In this document: positions 29,820 to 44,400 of the stretch, in pieces | How the letters are laid out: each line of letters begins with the position of its first letter | Numbering within the stretch: position 1 is the stretch's first letter | DNA from: the human T2T-CHM13v2.0 reference genome, Homo sapiens | Direction: 5' to 3' (one strand) | DNA length: 64,000 bases | NCBI RefSeq assembly: GCF_009914755.1 | Contig: NC_060927.1 | The notes under the pieces: generated by a model | Database searches by the model: none | Told to the model about the DNA's origin: nothing | The model's input: the letters and a program-made list of their open reading frames with translations, nothing else | Program-made: the position numbers and the translations under genes

Positions 29820-30661
29820 CAATATGGATGAATCTTAAATGTATTATGCTAAGTGGAATAAACAGGAATTAAAAGGCTACATACATTTATATGATATTCT
29901 GGAAATGGTAAAACTATACAAGAGGCTGAACAGATCAATGATTACCAGGGATTGAGGGAATGACTACAAAGGAGCATAATAAAAATTCTGAAGTGCAGGA
30001 ACAGCTTTTACGTATTGACTATAGACACGTACAAATGTATGTGTCTGCCAAACTATATTTCGATAAGCTTGACTTAAAAAAAATGACCTATACAGGAAAA
30101 TTAAGTGACAAAACCTTGAATGCTAAGTAATCACAAACAAAAATGGTAAATAGAGAATTTTTCGAAAAACCTATATTAATATAGTATTAAAGTCAAGTGA
30201 GAGGAAAAAATGGTGAAGTAGATAAATTCTCTATGACTGTACTCATCTCATAGAGCACTAAGAACGTAGTATGTAAGGAAGAAAAGAATATTAAATATCT
30301 AATAGAAATATAAACAGGCACCCTCACACACAAAAATACTGTATAGAATCCAGCATAAAATTTGTTCTCATATTCAAAATACAGATAAAGAGAGAACCTG
30401 AAATAACTAATCAAAGAGAGCAAAACTGTGTTCCATCCAGAATAGGAACATTGAAGAGGGAAGAAACAGTAAACTTCCTGCCAATTTGGTGGTACTTCCA
30501 TTCTGGTCTTCTTCAATGTACATGCTATTAGTTACTATTCACAGTCCTCAGATGGCTGTTCCATTCATTCTGATAAGCTTTTTAGTTGCATTTAGTCAGA
30601 TGAAAAGAGTAAAATGTGCTTGCTCCATCTTACTTGGAACCAGAACCTCTGTACTTGAATA

Positions 30662-30971
30662 TTTTTTATTATTTTATTTATTTATTTTGAGACCAGGTCT
30701 CACTCTGTTGCCCAGGCTGGAGTATAGCTGTACAATCATGGCTTACTGCAGCCTCAACCTTTCAAGATGAAGCAATTCTCCTGCCTTAGCCTCCTGAGTA
30801 GCTGAGACCACAGGTATTCACCACGCCCTGCTAATTTTAAAATTTATTTTTTGTAGAGATGGAGTCTCACTATTTTGCCCAGGTTGGGCTTGAACTCCTG
30901 GGCTCAAGTAACCCAACCACCTTGGCCTCCTAAAGTCCTGAGATTGCTGGCATGAGCCAGGGCAGCCAGCC
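30662..30971 (-). mobile_element. AluJ
   Basis: J diagnostics, (ttta)n tail, degenerate TSD ctRtacttRRatatt. Confidence 0.9.
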
Positions 30972-30989
30972 TATACTTAGATATTAAAG

Positions 30990-32105
30990 AGTCATCTGAA
31001 ACTGAAAATGTCCAACGCCAAACTCTTGCTCCTCTCACTATCTTTCTTAACTTAGGAGACAGCAATCAACCCTCTAGTTGCTCAGGAGCCAAAAACCTTG
31101 GAGTCTTCATTGATTTCCCTTTCTCTCATACCCTACGTTTAATTCATCAGCAAATCCTTTTGTACCTTCAAAATACATTCAGAATCTAACCACCTTTCAC
31201 CAACTATACTGATACCATCCTGATCTTTCATCTTGATACCAACATTATTAACACCATTATCTTTCACCTTGATTAACCAATCATTCATTTAAATTTAAAA
31301 ATTTACCTTTTATTTAACTGAATAAATTTGATGGCCTAATACCACTACTGTTATATTATGGCAGTAACAAAAACAGACAAAAATCTCTGTCCTCATGAAG
31401 TTTATTTGCTAGTGGAAATTTACTTCTAGTGAAAAAAAAGATTGTTATTTAGCCTCTTAACTAATTTCCTTTCTGCTCTTGTCTTCCTATAGTCCATTCT
31501 AGTCACTGATTCCAGAGAGATCGTTTCAAAAGATAAGTCAGGCGACATCATGTCTGTCCTCAAAGTTCTCTAATGGCTTATCATCTCAGAATAAAAATCT
31601 ATGTCCTTAAAATGGCTTTCAAGATCTTACTCAACCTAGTTGTACCCTTTGACCTCATTTCCTACAGTCCTGCTCACTTTGCTTCAGCCTCGCTGGTTTG
31701 AGCATGTCAGTCATAGTTCTACTTCAGGACCTTTGTACTTGCAATGCCATCTGCTTGGAGGTTTTCTCCCCACAAAAATACATGGCTTGCTCCCATAGCT
31801 ATTTCAGGTCTTTACTCAAATGTTACCAGCTCAGTGAGGCCTTCTCTGACCTCCATATTAAAAACTGTACTCCTTAGATCCCTTCCCTATTTATTTTTTT
31901 CCATGGTACTTATTACCGCCTAACATTACCTATATTTCATGTTCTCGTATTTACTATGTCCCCCACTATAACAGCAAGTTCGATAGGGCATGAATTTTTC
32001 TGTGTGTTGCTGTATGTGGTTTTTTTTCCCCATTACTGTAAAATCAGTGCCTAGAACAGTACCTGGTATACAATGGATGTTCAATATATATGTGTTGAAT
32101 AATTG
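30990..32105 (+). mobile_element. L2 LINE 3' portion
   Basis: 'aaaaaccttggagtc', 'ttcaggacctttgtacttgc', 'cagtgcctagaacagtacctggtataca..tgttgaataa'. Confidence 0.8.
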
Positions 32106-32185
32106 TTCTTAGCTTTCTTTATAAAATCTAGTAGAAATTATGATATGCTAGAGTTGGATGTGACTTTAAAAACCCTCTATTTCTT

Positions 32186-32487
<302 letters not shown>

Positions 32488-34199
32488 GTCCTTTAAAACT
32501 GTCTTTGTCAGCACACACTACAGATTTCTGGGTGAGATGAGATAGCTGTTTTTACAACCATCACCAAGAATTCCTCTCCATCCATTTCCATGATCATTGG
32601 TCAGTGTGTTGTGCTGTCTTCCTACTGACCTAACCTGCCATAGATTGTCCACCTTGAATCATCTAGCAGGCCACTGACAAATGGGCAAATGAGGAAAAGT
32701 GATTTGTCCGGTCATCACTGAGACAGTGGCAGAACTGGGACTCACTTCTAATCACCTAACTTACAATACAGTATTCCTCCTTCCTTATGTCACGATGCCA
32801 CTCAAAAATTTGCAGTGCTGAGTTGCTAGCTTCTATTATTTTTAATGAAGTGGGTTATTTCCTTTGACATGAGATGAAGTCTTCAGAAATAGTGGAGACC
32901 TAGAAAGAAAGTTATACTCACAAAGCTTCCTCAACTCAAAAACCCAAAATACTACATATAATCCATAAAATTCCTTATGAATTGTGAAATTCTTTATGGA
33001 TTTTGGATTTATGAATTCTTCATGGATAATGGATCCATCAATGTGGATCCACAAATACTAGAATTATATCTATCGGTCATTTGGTACAAATGCTTTGGCA
33101 TAAATTGTTTATAACATTATTAAGCTAAGGGATGAGGAAATAGTTTTAAAAAGGAAATGTTTGGTGGGTAACACTGAGGAAAGAGGAAAAAAGGAGTTGG
33201 AGGAAGGTGCTACAGAGATACTTCCTGACTCTACAAGTTTGCCTCATACTGGAATGGAGAAACATTTCTGCAAGCACCACCTCATGTCACTGAAAGGCAT
33301 CTCTCCTGTAGAGCCACAGGATGGCACAGACTTCTGATGCTAGAATGAAAGTTTATTAATTATGGGAGACAACTCACTTAGGTCCTTTGTAATATCCGTG
33401 GTGATAACTTGATTACTTCAGAATTATTGTTCTAAGTCTTCATTATGTCATCCACCAACATGAATGGGTTTATATAACAAACATGTTTACATAGTATGAC
33501 TGTGAGTATAAATAAAAGGTGATATTCAGCTCTGATGTTCAGGTACAAATAAATAAGCTATGTATGTATATGTTTTACCTTAAGGTGCCAAGTGACCTAC
33601 AACTGATAATTTTTAAAAAGGCAATTCTCAGTCACCTTAATTTTATGGGAACTTGGTGGTTTTATTTTTCATCAGTAACTATTGGTGGAAACACAAAAAA
33701 ATAAAATAATACCCTTGATTTTATGGAGGATAAAAAATAAAAATTATAACAACTTTCAAAACATCAGAAAAGTGATTGTAAACTCAATTTTGCAAAGTGA
33801 GTTACGAAGTATATTTAGACTTATTAACATAAAAAGAGATAGTTAAAGTAACTGAAGTGGCTCCAGAAAGCAGGTCTCTTGACCCTAGTCCAATGCTTTT
33901 CCCACATTAACTCCCTCCTGAACATTTCCTTGGTCTCACAGTCCCCAGCTCCTTGGTTTTACTTCCTAAAGATGCCATCTAAGATCTAACAATAACCATT
34001 TCAAAGATAAGAACTAGTACTTTGGATTCTATCACCCCTCATCCTCCTACCTTGCCAATATCCAATCTTTGATAAAACATAGCATTAATTTCTCTATTCT
34101 TCATCATGGGCTACAACTAAAAAGCATTTTAGGAGAAACTTAAGAATATTAGCAGGCTATTTCCACTACATATTGCTGCTCCTCAAACTCCATAAGACT

Positions 34200-35650
34200 C
34201 TTCATTTACAGACAACAACCCAGCAGCACTGGGAACAGAGATATGAACAAAACATGGCAGCCCTCACAGTTCTCAGCCACCTCCCTTGCAGTTGCCCCAT
34301 CACATTTTATTACAAGCTCTAGTTCCTCAATCTCCTCAACTTCCTCCCCATCTACCAGGCCCTTCCTCCTGTCTCCATTTTCTTCCCTGACCAGTTAAAA
34401 GTCTATAGTCTATTACTTGAAACACTCAATTCCCTTTCCCTACAATCCAGCTGTTAACATCTATGAGGCGAAACTCCAAACCTGCAGGAGGCTAACTGTC
34501 CTTGGCACCCACATGAAGTTAACTCAGGTGCTCAGGGTAATCTCTCAAATATGAGTGCTCCTAGTATAAACTCTGCTAGTTCTCAATCTCAGTGGTTGCC
34601 CTCAATCATCTCTCTCAAAGCATTCTCTCTAGCTATCCTTAGCTCACTCTGCTTCTTTAGTGCCTATTTCAATTTTTCTCTGATAGCCTCAAACCTCCCA
34701 ACCTGCCATTTCCCACCATCATTCTCAACACGTGGCCACGGTTCTTACTCAGCAGTCTTCAGACAGAACTCTCCCATTTTCCAATCATCTCACCTAGAAA
34801 ATTACCAGCACCCAAGCCCATCTTTTCCACCTTCTGTCTTGAAAGTTGGAGATGAGTTCCCCTTGCTTAACCATTTATCTGCTAAATCTCCTCTTCAAAT
34901 TAGATATATTCCCTGTGATTTTCAGACTAATATGTGTAGCTGCCTGGACACTGGACTTCATAACCTGGATGCCCTACAAGCAGTTGACACTCAAAATATC
35001 CAATGGTGAAATCATTTTATCCTCCAAATCTGCTCCTCTTGTACTTACAGCTGACAAAGCAAAAATCTGAATCTACTGCTCAACTCCTCTGTCTCCTCAG
35101 TCTCAACTGATGTCCTTGTCCCCATCCAATAATTGTCAGTCCATGGTTTTAAGCTTTCTGATCCCTCCTTTTCCTCCCCATTCTCATTCTAGTCCAGGTC
35201 CCTGTCATTTGGCCTATTTGACTGCATTGCCCTTCTGTCTCTAGTCTGGCCTCTCTTCAGTCTCCTCTTCATACTACACCCTTAATGTGTCCCTGCAATT
35301 AGAATGTGATCCTGGGACAACCTTGTTTACAACCCTTTAGTGACTTGCTACAGCCCTGAGGACAGAGTTTAAACTCTTAACCGAGATGGTAAGGCTCTTC
35401 CTGGCTTTACCTGCATCTCCTTACCAACTTTCCAACTCCCAACTCCAGCCCCTCTAATCACTGTTTAGGTCGAAGTGTCAACTCGTTCTTAATCTCCATT
35501 TTCTCTCCAATAATCAAGTCTTTAATCTTTTGCACTCCTTACATTCAATAACATTTGTCTTGGTTGATAATACACAATATATGACAACTCTCTTCTTCCC
35601 TGGTCCCTGTGATAATGTACATTTGTCCAGGTCTTCTTCTACCTATGTTC
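34200..35650 (+). mobile_element. Decayed L2 fragments
   Basis: Pyrimidine-rich L2-like motifs, e.g. 'agctgcctggacac..cctggatgccctacaagca'. Confidence 0.45.
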
Positions 35651-35744
35651 TTCCTCTTAATAGAAATACACTATACAATGACGTATTACTAAATACCCAA
35701 TGACTGTTTGCATGAGATAACTTTTAAAAAGAAAAATACAATGT

Positions 35745-37240
35745 GTTCATTCCCAAATGTTTATTAAGAATGTATCTATGCCAGGTGCTGTTCAGGGTGC
35801 TGGGGACACAGCAATGAACAAAATAAAGTCTCTGCCTTCCTGGAGCTTATATTGTAGTGGAGGAGCCAGAATGTTAATAAAGAAGTACTTAATAAATCAT
35901 AAATGCTATTAAGAAAAATAAAATAGGTAAGGGGATAGTGAATCATAAACAAAGTGAGGGAACAAGCCATGGGAACATCTTGGCATGGGTGGATAGAGAT
36001 GTTAAAGAAGGAGACAGCATGTACAAAGGCTCCATGGCAGGAACAGCTTGACGTGTTTGAGGAACATCAAAGACCAGTGTGACTAGGCACGGGTTTGGAA
36101 AATGAGGTTGGAGAGGTGGCCAGGGCCCATGTAGGGCCTTATAGGCCATAGCAAAGAAGGATTTTTGGATACTGTTACAAGTGCTATGGGATGCTCTTGG
36201 AGGGTTTGAGCAAGAAACTGTTATAATTCTATTTCTATTTTAAATGGGCCAATTTTGCTGCTGTGTGGAGAACAGACTGTAAGGAGACTAGGATGAAAAC
36301 AGGAAGACCAGTCGGGGGCATCTGTAATAGTTCCGATAAGAGATAGGCCTACAGAAGAGTGAAGTGGCCTGGTGGAACTGGTAACAAGTGGGGGTATTCT
36401 GGATATATTTTGAAGATACGGCCAATGTGATTTGTTAATTTACAGGAGATGAAAGGGAAATAAAGGAATCCAGATGATTCCTAAGTTTCAGGTGGGCAAG
36501 TAAGTGGATGCTGGTGTCATTTTATTTACAGATGGGAGAAGACGGGAAACAGCAGTTTTTAGGAGAAAATCAATAATGCAGTTTTGGCCATTTTAAGTCA
36601 GCACAATCTTGCGGATCTGCAAGTCATAATTAGGCAGTTGGATATGTGACTTTAGATCTCAGAGAAGCACAGGTAGAGATATACCTTTGAGACTCATGGA
36701 CTTGGAGATTATACTAAAAAGCCACAGGCCTATGTAAGATCACTTAGGGAAACAGAGAAAAGAAAAGGTCTGAGAACTGAGTCCTGGGACATGCCAACAT
36801 TTAGGAGCCAGGAAGAGAAAAATGAATTAATAAAGGAGATTGAGAAGAAACAGCCAGTGGAAGTAGGGGGAAAATTAGAAGGGGGGTAATTCAGGAAATG
36901 AAGTAGAAAGAATATATCACAAAAGAGGAAGAAATCAATGGTTTCAAAGATAAAAGGCTGAGTAATGAAATAAAAATTGATAACTGCATATAGTAACATG
37001 GAATGAATGTGGTTAGGTGGAGTGGGGCAAGGTGCTGGGGGATGACAGGCCGAGAGTGGTGGATTTAAGAGAGAGTGGAAGTTGAAGAATTGGAAATTTT
37101 GCTGTCCCTCTACTCTTCTTGTAGAGAGTTTTGCTCTAAAGGGTGGTAAGAAATGGAAAATAGCTGGAGGGGGATGTGTGGTCAAGTTGGGGTGTTTTAA
37201 CATGTGTTTCTTATTCCTTCAGATGAGATAAATCATAGCA
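35745..37240 (-). mobile_element. L2 LINE
   Basis: Reverse L2 tail 'tttattaagaatgtatctatgccaggtgctgttc..ggggacacagcaatgaacaa' followed by a purine-rich L2 body. Confidence 0.85.
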
Positions 37241-38589
37241 TGTTCATATGCTACAAATAATACAGTACAGGGGTGGGTGGTGTCACATAGTGCTGGAGCT
37301 GCTGCGTAAGGGTATCGAAGTCAATGGCCAAGTCAATGGTATCGAAGAGGGAAGAAGTCCAGCAATGTATTTCATATATCCAGTTAAAAAAACTTTAGGG
37401 TTCAAAACAAAGCAAAACCAATTACCACTAATCTTGTAAACAATTTAAACACTGAAAAAGTTAGCAGAGTGAATAAAGTTTTTATACATATACAGAAAAA
37501 AACTTGCTCATTTCTCAAAAGGCCTTTCCCTTGAACCTCTGCAGAAACAGCTGATTCCTCAGCAGCATCATGAGAACAAACCAGTTAATGATGGTTAATA
37601 AAACTATAAGATTAGTGGCTCAGCTGTAATACAGTGTTGATGCATCCAATTCCCCAAAATAACCAATAAATTAAATGTTTAATACAATTAAAAATACAAT
37701 AGAGATGAGAAAATTATGTAATAAGAAACGGATATAACTGCAGGAACAAATTCTTTTGAGTAGGAAATAGCAAGATCCAATGCTTAAGCAGAGGGATAAG
37801 GGTCAGTCTTGGAAGGGAGCAGAGAGATGCAGGAAGCTGTAAGGTCTGCTTGTGGGAATACTGAGGAAGTTCTATTCTCAGTGAAACAAGCAGCAAGGGC
37901 ATAGCATGATGGAAGGGGAGCAAGTGAGGAAGGGCATTGTTTGGAGAGAAGTGTTAGATGTTTAAGAAGTCAGGAAATATAGTAGGGTTGCTAGACAGTG
38001 CTAAGGTCCATTAGAAGCTAGAGAAAGTGAGTTCAGTAAGCATGGTTATATTTTTCTCCTGTTACTTTTGGCTGTTCACTTACAAGCATGAGTAGGGTTT
38101 GGGTTTTTCTAAGCAAGTAACAGGGAGAATGGGCAAGGGTTTTGAGGGGATAAATTCAAAGGAGTAATTAAAATGATAAAGCATGGAACAAGTTGGGGAA
38201 ATGAGGACATTAGTGGAGTAAATGATAATGAAAAAGCAGTGGGGTAAATGAATTGGAAGTCAAGCAGGGGTTGGAGATAAGACTGAAAGGATTAAGGTGA
38301 CAAGTCAGAGAGTAGCATGCTTAAAATGAAGGCTCTTGAGGTGGTGTGGTCGCTGGAAATATGACCGTGAGAGTGAGTAGCTTGAGGTAAGGATGTCAAG
38401 GAATAACTGCAGAGTAGAGACAGATACTACCTGTTTCATAAAGAATACTGACTTTATGAGCCACCTGAAGGATAGAGGAATCTTTTCTACCTATCATCTA
38501 AATCATCTTTAGAAATTCAAATTGATGTTAATTATCAGACTATGTATATACAGACTCTGCTGATTCCTAAGGTAACTACATTAAATGAA

Positions 38590-38800
38590 CATACTTGCTG
38601 TGGATATTTTATGTAAGACATTTTCTTTTACACTTATAAATTCTGGGAGTTAATTATTATGTCCCCATTTTATAGACGAAGCAGTTGCAGTGCAAAGATG
38701 GCTAAGTAACTTGACCAACATTACAGAGCTATGAAAATGGTGGGGTCAGGATTAAAACCTAGGTAGGACTACCTGACCAGAAAACTGAAGACTTTTTCTG
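38590..38800 (-). mobile_element. MIR
   Basis: Core 'ttattatgtccccattttatagacgaagcagttg..taagtaacttgaccaacattacagagcta'. Confidence 0.7.
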
Positions 38801-40544
38801 CTTCTTAATGATGCCTTCAAAGAAAGCCTAACTCTTCTTAAATATAATCTCATTGTTAAGGGCAAATACACCTTTCTCATTCTAAGGATTGTGGGATCTA
38901 GTCTTTCACTTCAAGACCTAGTTAAATCTAAATATTAAAATACTGGTAAGTCAACTTTAGATATAATTTCTGGATAAGCCGTTTTCATATTTCCACAGAA
39001 TTGTATCAAAAGGATTCAGCAAGGTAATTGCAGTTGAGAACTTTTTAATTCTTTCCAAAGTAATCTGACTTTCTGACTCTGCATATTAAACATTATACTC
39101 AATTTTGGGGGGAAAATCTACAGATAAGGCACAGATAAGCCAATCAGCTTAGAAATAATACTAAAATCTGTATAAAATAAATTGTCCATGTACCCTTTTA
39201 ATCAAAATAAGATGACAGAGATTTAAATTTGGCCTAAGCCTTAAAATCTGGTTATATTATACCCAAAGGTAAGAAAAGCAATTACTTCTTATAAGAGCTT
39301 CTTGAAAATGGCAAATATTAATTTGATTATTTTAATGGATTGGTATTACTAAACATATCTTAACAAGTTATGGTCTTATCTGACCCTAACTAACAGGGGA
39401 AGTCTTAAGATGGAGCACTTGGTAAGTTTTTCTCTGTCAAAAAATAAAAGGTAAGAATCAAGTGGCTGTTACTTTGGAGTACAGATAATTATTATTAACA
39501 GGATACATAAATGTGCAGATCACAATATGTATATTTTATAGGTGACACCTTTGCATTGCTACTTCCATAATGCTGGGAGCTTTTGCCCTAAATCATCTCC
39601 TATCTTTCTAGATCTTTCTGGTGGTCAAAGCAGCAGTGCAATCAGTGACTCCACACCATAAGGAGAAAGACCCATCTCTGACTCCACTCAGCAGAACCAC
39701 AACATCCAGACTAAAAAACATTTAAAAAATTTCCTTGGTGATAATTGCTTTACTTTTTATCCACAAAAAGTATCATTAATACCGACTTGTACACTTAATC
39801 TGCTTTAAAGATTGTAGAACACAAACTAAATAGGCATGGTTCCTCCCTTCTAAAGTTAAGAATCGAAACAATGATCTACGTTTTAAGGAGTCTATATAGA
39901 ATCCAACTTGAATTTTACAGAATATCAAATTACTCAGGGGGGGTTTCAGCTATTATGCTTGAGAATTCAAGTGATGAATTCCCTTAAAGTTGAGGTGTCA
40001 TCTAGACAGAAGAGACAAAGTATATATTCATAATTACTGGAGGTCTTATGTTGGCACAGTGAGCTGCTATGAGTTTTATAGTGCCCAAATAAGTATTGCA
40101 ACAAAATAAAGCTCATGCTGGCTTCTTTCCTTGTTTTCTATGACTTTCTTCCTATGCTGCTGACCACTATTAGATCACTTTCATTCTCACTGAATTTCAA
40201 TGCATATAGCCACCATTTCTCAGGGTTTACAATGTATAAGGAATGGGGCTAACAGTGTACGTCTAGTGACATATTTAATCCCCTAGTATATTATTATTAA
40301 AACAATAACATTAAAATTTTATTAATTTTAGATTTGAGAAAACTGTGGGCCAGAGAAGCCAAAGATAGCTAGTAAGATATGGAAAAGAGGATGCAAGCCT
40401 ACAGCATGTGAGCTAAACACTATGCCATATACCTTGTAATATTTTAGACTAGCAAAAAATATGGCCTAGAAAACAAAGGGAAGAATGTAGAAACTGGAAA
40501 GCTGCATGTTTCTCCATTTATGAAAACAATTACTCCATGTTATT

Positions 40545-41010
40545 TAACTGGGATTGCATTTGGCTGCAAATAAGAAAACAACTAAACGGTATCTTACATA
40601 TAAAGTTTATTTTGTTTCCTGTAATCAAGCAGAAGTCTGAAGTATGTGACTGCTGGCTTTTGGTTCTGCAGCTAAAATAGGTCACGGCTGAGGTCTCTGC
40701 AACTCTCTTTGGCATTCATTCAAAGTTGTAAAATGGCTGCTACATCTCCAGCCATCATAAGAAAGAAAGAGAAAATGATAAAGAGGAAAGGGTGGCACCC
40801 ACGTCAAGAAAGTAAATGTTTGACATAAATCCCCAGCAACCTGGAATTAAATATAATTGGCCCTAATTGTGTCACAGTGTAATCCTGAAGCTAAATGTAG
40901 CATCACTGAAAAAAAAAAAGATAAAAATCCAAAACAAAAACACAACCCAAAAAACTCCAAATCTATTTTAGTAAAGAAGAAAGCGTCGATGATATTAGGT
41001 GAATAAATAG
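40545..41010 (-). mobile_element. Old MLT1 (J/K/L-like) LTR
   Basis: 'ggattgcatttggctgcaaataagaaaa', 'aaaatggctgctacatctccagccatca', 'attggccctaattgtgtcaca'. Confidence 0.6.
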
Positions 41011-41278
41011 TACTGTCTTCCACATTTGACTTCACAAGAAAGAAATTTGGTATGTTTGAGTTTCATGACAAATGATGTGCAATGCATCATATAAAAACAA
41101 CTTTGCACAAGAGAAGATATAGTTAATCATTTTAATTTTAAAGTATAGAGAGGGTGATTGCCTACTAAGAATCCATTCTGGCTTTATTATTCCTTCCTAA
41201 ACTAACTACATGTAGTTAATCTATGTATATGTCCCCAGCATTATTCGAAAAAAGTCAATGGCATTCTGCTCTGGAGGT

Positions 41279-41476
41279 CAGTGGTTCTCAAACATAGCTT
41301 GCACCAAAATTATCTGAGAGGTTTTTTTTTTTTTTTTTTTTTAAGATAACTGGGCCCTACCCACAGAGTTTCTGATTTAGTGAGTCTGGGGTGGTGCCTG
41401 ATAATTTATATTTCTAATGAGCTCCCAAGGGATTCTAAAATTGCTGGTCCAGGGACCACATCTTAAGAATTACTGC
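41279..41476. mobile_element. MER5A with an internal poly(T) expansion
   Basis: 'cagtggttctcaaac..ctgggccctacccacagagtttctgatttagtgagtctgggg..gggaccacatcttaagaattactgc'. Confidence 0.8.
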
Positions 41477-44400
41477 TCTAAAGGTAGACACCAATTAGTT
41501 TAAGGCAAACAGTAGAAACTATCTAGGTCTGGGGTAGGCACGTGATGTCATTTGGCCCAATTGGACTAAAAGAAACTCTGTTACGTTGTACTTGGTGAAC
41601 GGTTTTATTCTGTCTCACCAGTTTGGCTAGAACAAGAAAGCCTATAGCTCCAAAATCATTGTCAATCACTTTGTGATTACAAGAGAGTATGTCTTAAGAA
41701 ACTGATGATGAAGTTAACACAGCGGAAATATGGCGAAAATCTTGGATCCTTAATTGAGCCTCTTGTGTCACAGTACCTCCAGACTTCAGCTAGTTTGAGG
41801 CAAGATATTCTGAAGCTTGTAATCAAAAGCATCCTAATTAAGACAAAAGATAAACCTGAAGTTTAAATAAAGAACACAATTTTATTTTCTTTAAAGCAGA
41901 ACATGAATAAATAACATCTCTATATAATCCAAAGCTCATGTGAGTTATTGGTTTAAAATATTCCTCTACGCCATATTTTTACAATAACTGTTAACGAGTA
42001 CCAAAATGGATAGTTTGATTTTTTCCCACTGTCTGGCCTCTACCTAATGAATAGTAAAAAGAAAGTGGAGAAAGTAGAAAGCCTAAATCATTTTATCCTG
42101 AGTGAATAAATAATTATCAATTAATTAAGCTGACTAAATGAAATAATTGAATTTTCTTGCTTTCTTATTGCCAATTTTGAATTTTCCCAATATAATCTCT
42201 ACTCTCTGCCTCTCACTGCTATCCACAGAGAGGCCAAAGAAGAGAGGAAACAAAGAAGACTCAATTAAATAAAACAAACTGAATAACACGGTGATTTTAA
42301 ATTTTGCAGAGTTCAGGGGTCACTGAAGCAATAATTTGTTGTTTAGGGAATCCTAAAGTTTTAATAAAATAGTATTTGTAATTAGTTATTTTTATTCTGA
42401 GAATTTTGGGGATGCTTTTTAACTGAAGATGCCAATGAATTTAAAACTTTAGAACCATGTAAGATGACCCGTCTTTAGTTAAGGAATGCAATAGGACAGA
42501 AAAGCGCAGAGAAAACAAGAATTGAGATGGCATGGAATTCAAAACTATGACTACTTATATACTGAAAAATAATTATAGAAGCTGTTTAACAACGGACACC
42601 TCCAGCAGCTACTTCCCTTCATCTGTTTGCCTGAGTACTCCGTACCTCCAAGGTGCTGGCTATCATCAATCTTCTCTTTCCTCACTGGCCACCTCCTCAC
42701 AAAACAAAGCAGCCCAAGAAACCCTCTTCATTAGAACACTGTGCCAAGCACAAATAAATTCTCATTTCACTACTAAGGTGAAAGAATAGATATGGAGATG
42801 AGTATATTTTATCATTAGCAACACGAAAATAAGTTTCAACTGTGATATTAAAGTGGTAATATTTACTTCATTCATAATTGAAAGACATGTTCAAAATAAT
42901 TCATTTTGGGAACACTAGTATGTAGTACCAGCCTGAAACAAATTATGCACATACTTACGTCTTGTAATTTATTTAATTGCTTTCTAATTCCTCATTTTCT
43001 TAACTAAATTAGCTAAAAGGGGAAGTATATGACCAAAAAATGAATGTCCATCATCTAAATTAGTATACAATGAATTCATCTTTCAAACTATAAGATCCAA
43101 GATGGGCAGATTTCTATCCCTGCCTTAAAGGAATACTGCCTATTTAAACAGATTCACAGAGGGTTTGATGGTCTCATTTAGATATTCCTGCTTCTACAGA
43201 AGTTAGCACAAAATACACTGGTGGCAAGCAGTTAATTCATTAATCAGCCAAATTATTTTTGAAGAAAAGATAGCATTAAACAACACAGTACTGAAAGTGC
43301 AATTGTGGTTGTCTGAGGTCCCTGTCTGCAAAACGTGTGGTAAAGACAAGCAATGCCTATGCTGTTTCTAATTATTCCAATTATCATGGCACACTATGAA
43401 AACTTGATTAATAACACTGAAGATATTGTTGTGGCAATTAGCCATATGGTTGTGGGACTTTATTCTGTCACGATTTAGCCATTAGCATCTACTTATGTTT
43501 GTCAGAACAGTGCATCCGTGACAAGTTGAAGTTCCGCTCACCTTGCCAAGTCCCCTGTGAGCAACACTAGAGAACTGTTTATTCCTAGGAGCCTTTTGCC
43601 TGAGTAAATTTTTCACGTGGCATCCGGTCTGACTGGGGACAAATGTCAAATAACTTATCTGATGACCCATCAAGCTAATCTTTCTCTGAAAAACCACTCA
43701 GTGACATGTGTGTTTAAACAAACTAACTGAAGAAATTTTACTTGACCAGTAATAGCTGGTTATCTATATTTCCCCACATATTCCCATGGTCAGTAATTAA
43801 GAGAAACTAATTTTCGTATACTGATATATAGAAATCTATAAATACAGCATTAGAAAGGATATATGTGTACATATGTACACACACATGCCATATAGCAAAA
43901 AATTTACTGCCTACAGTATTTTTGCATGACATTTGCAGTGAATTTACTCAGGAAAGTTGAGAAGATAATCCTTTTAATTATTAGTGAGGAGTTCATTTTA
44001 AGGAAAAAGAGAAGTAAAGACATTGGTCAGTTTCTAAAATTAATGCTAGGGCAAACACATACCTTGCAGTAGAAGATTAAAAAGCTCAATTAAGAAAAAC
44101 AAAGTTTACATTTTGAAATGGAATTAATGTTAATGTGAGAAATATAGCAGTATATGTTTGCTTAATTAATTAGCTAATTAATTAATTTTTATAAGATAAA
44201 GCTTTGATATAGTTGCTAGCAGTAGGCAAATTTGCCAGTTTTTCTTAGAAGCTAGAAGAATGGTAAACAGTTCCCACTGTGTTTACAAACCCTTAAGGCA
44301 GCTCAGAGCTCCCCAGATGGAAGTGACGGGTACTGGGGGGTAAAGTAACACAAGAGGGAGATAGCAAGAGTTCTGTGTTTCCATTTCATGTTTGGGTCCC

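Noticed and set aside
34551-37203. 152-aa and 157-aa ORFs
   Set aside because: Ser/Pro/Phe-rich translations of pyrimidine-rich L2 remnants with no domain resemblance or splice structure.
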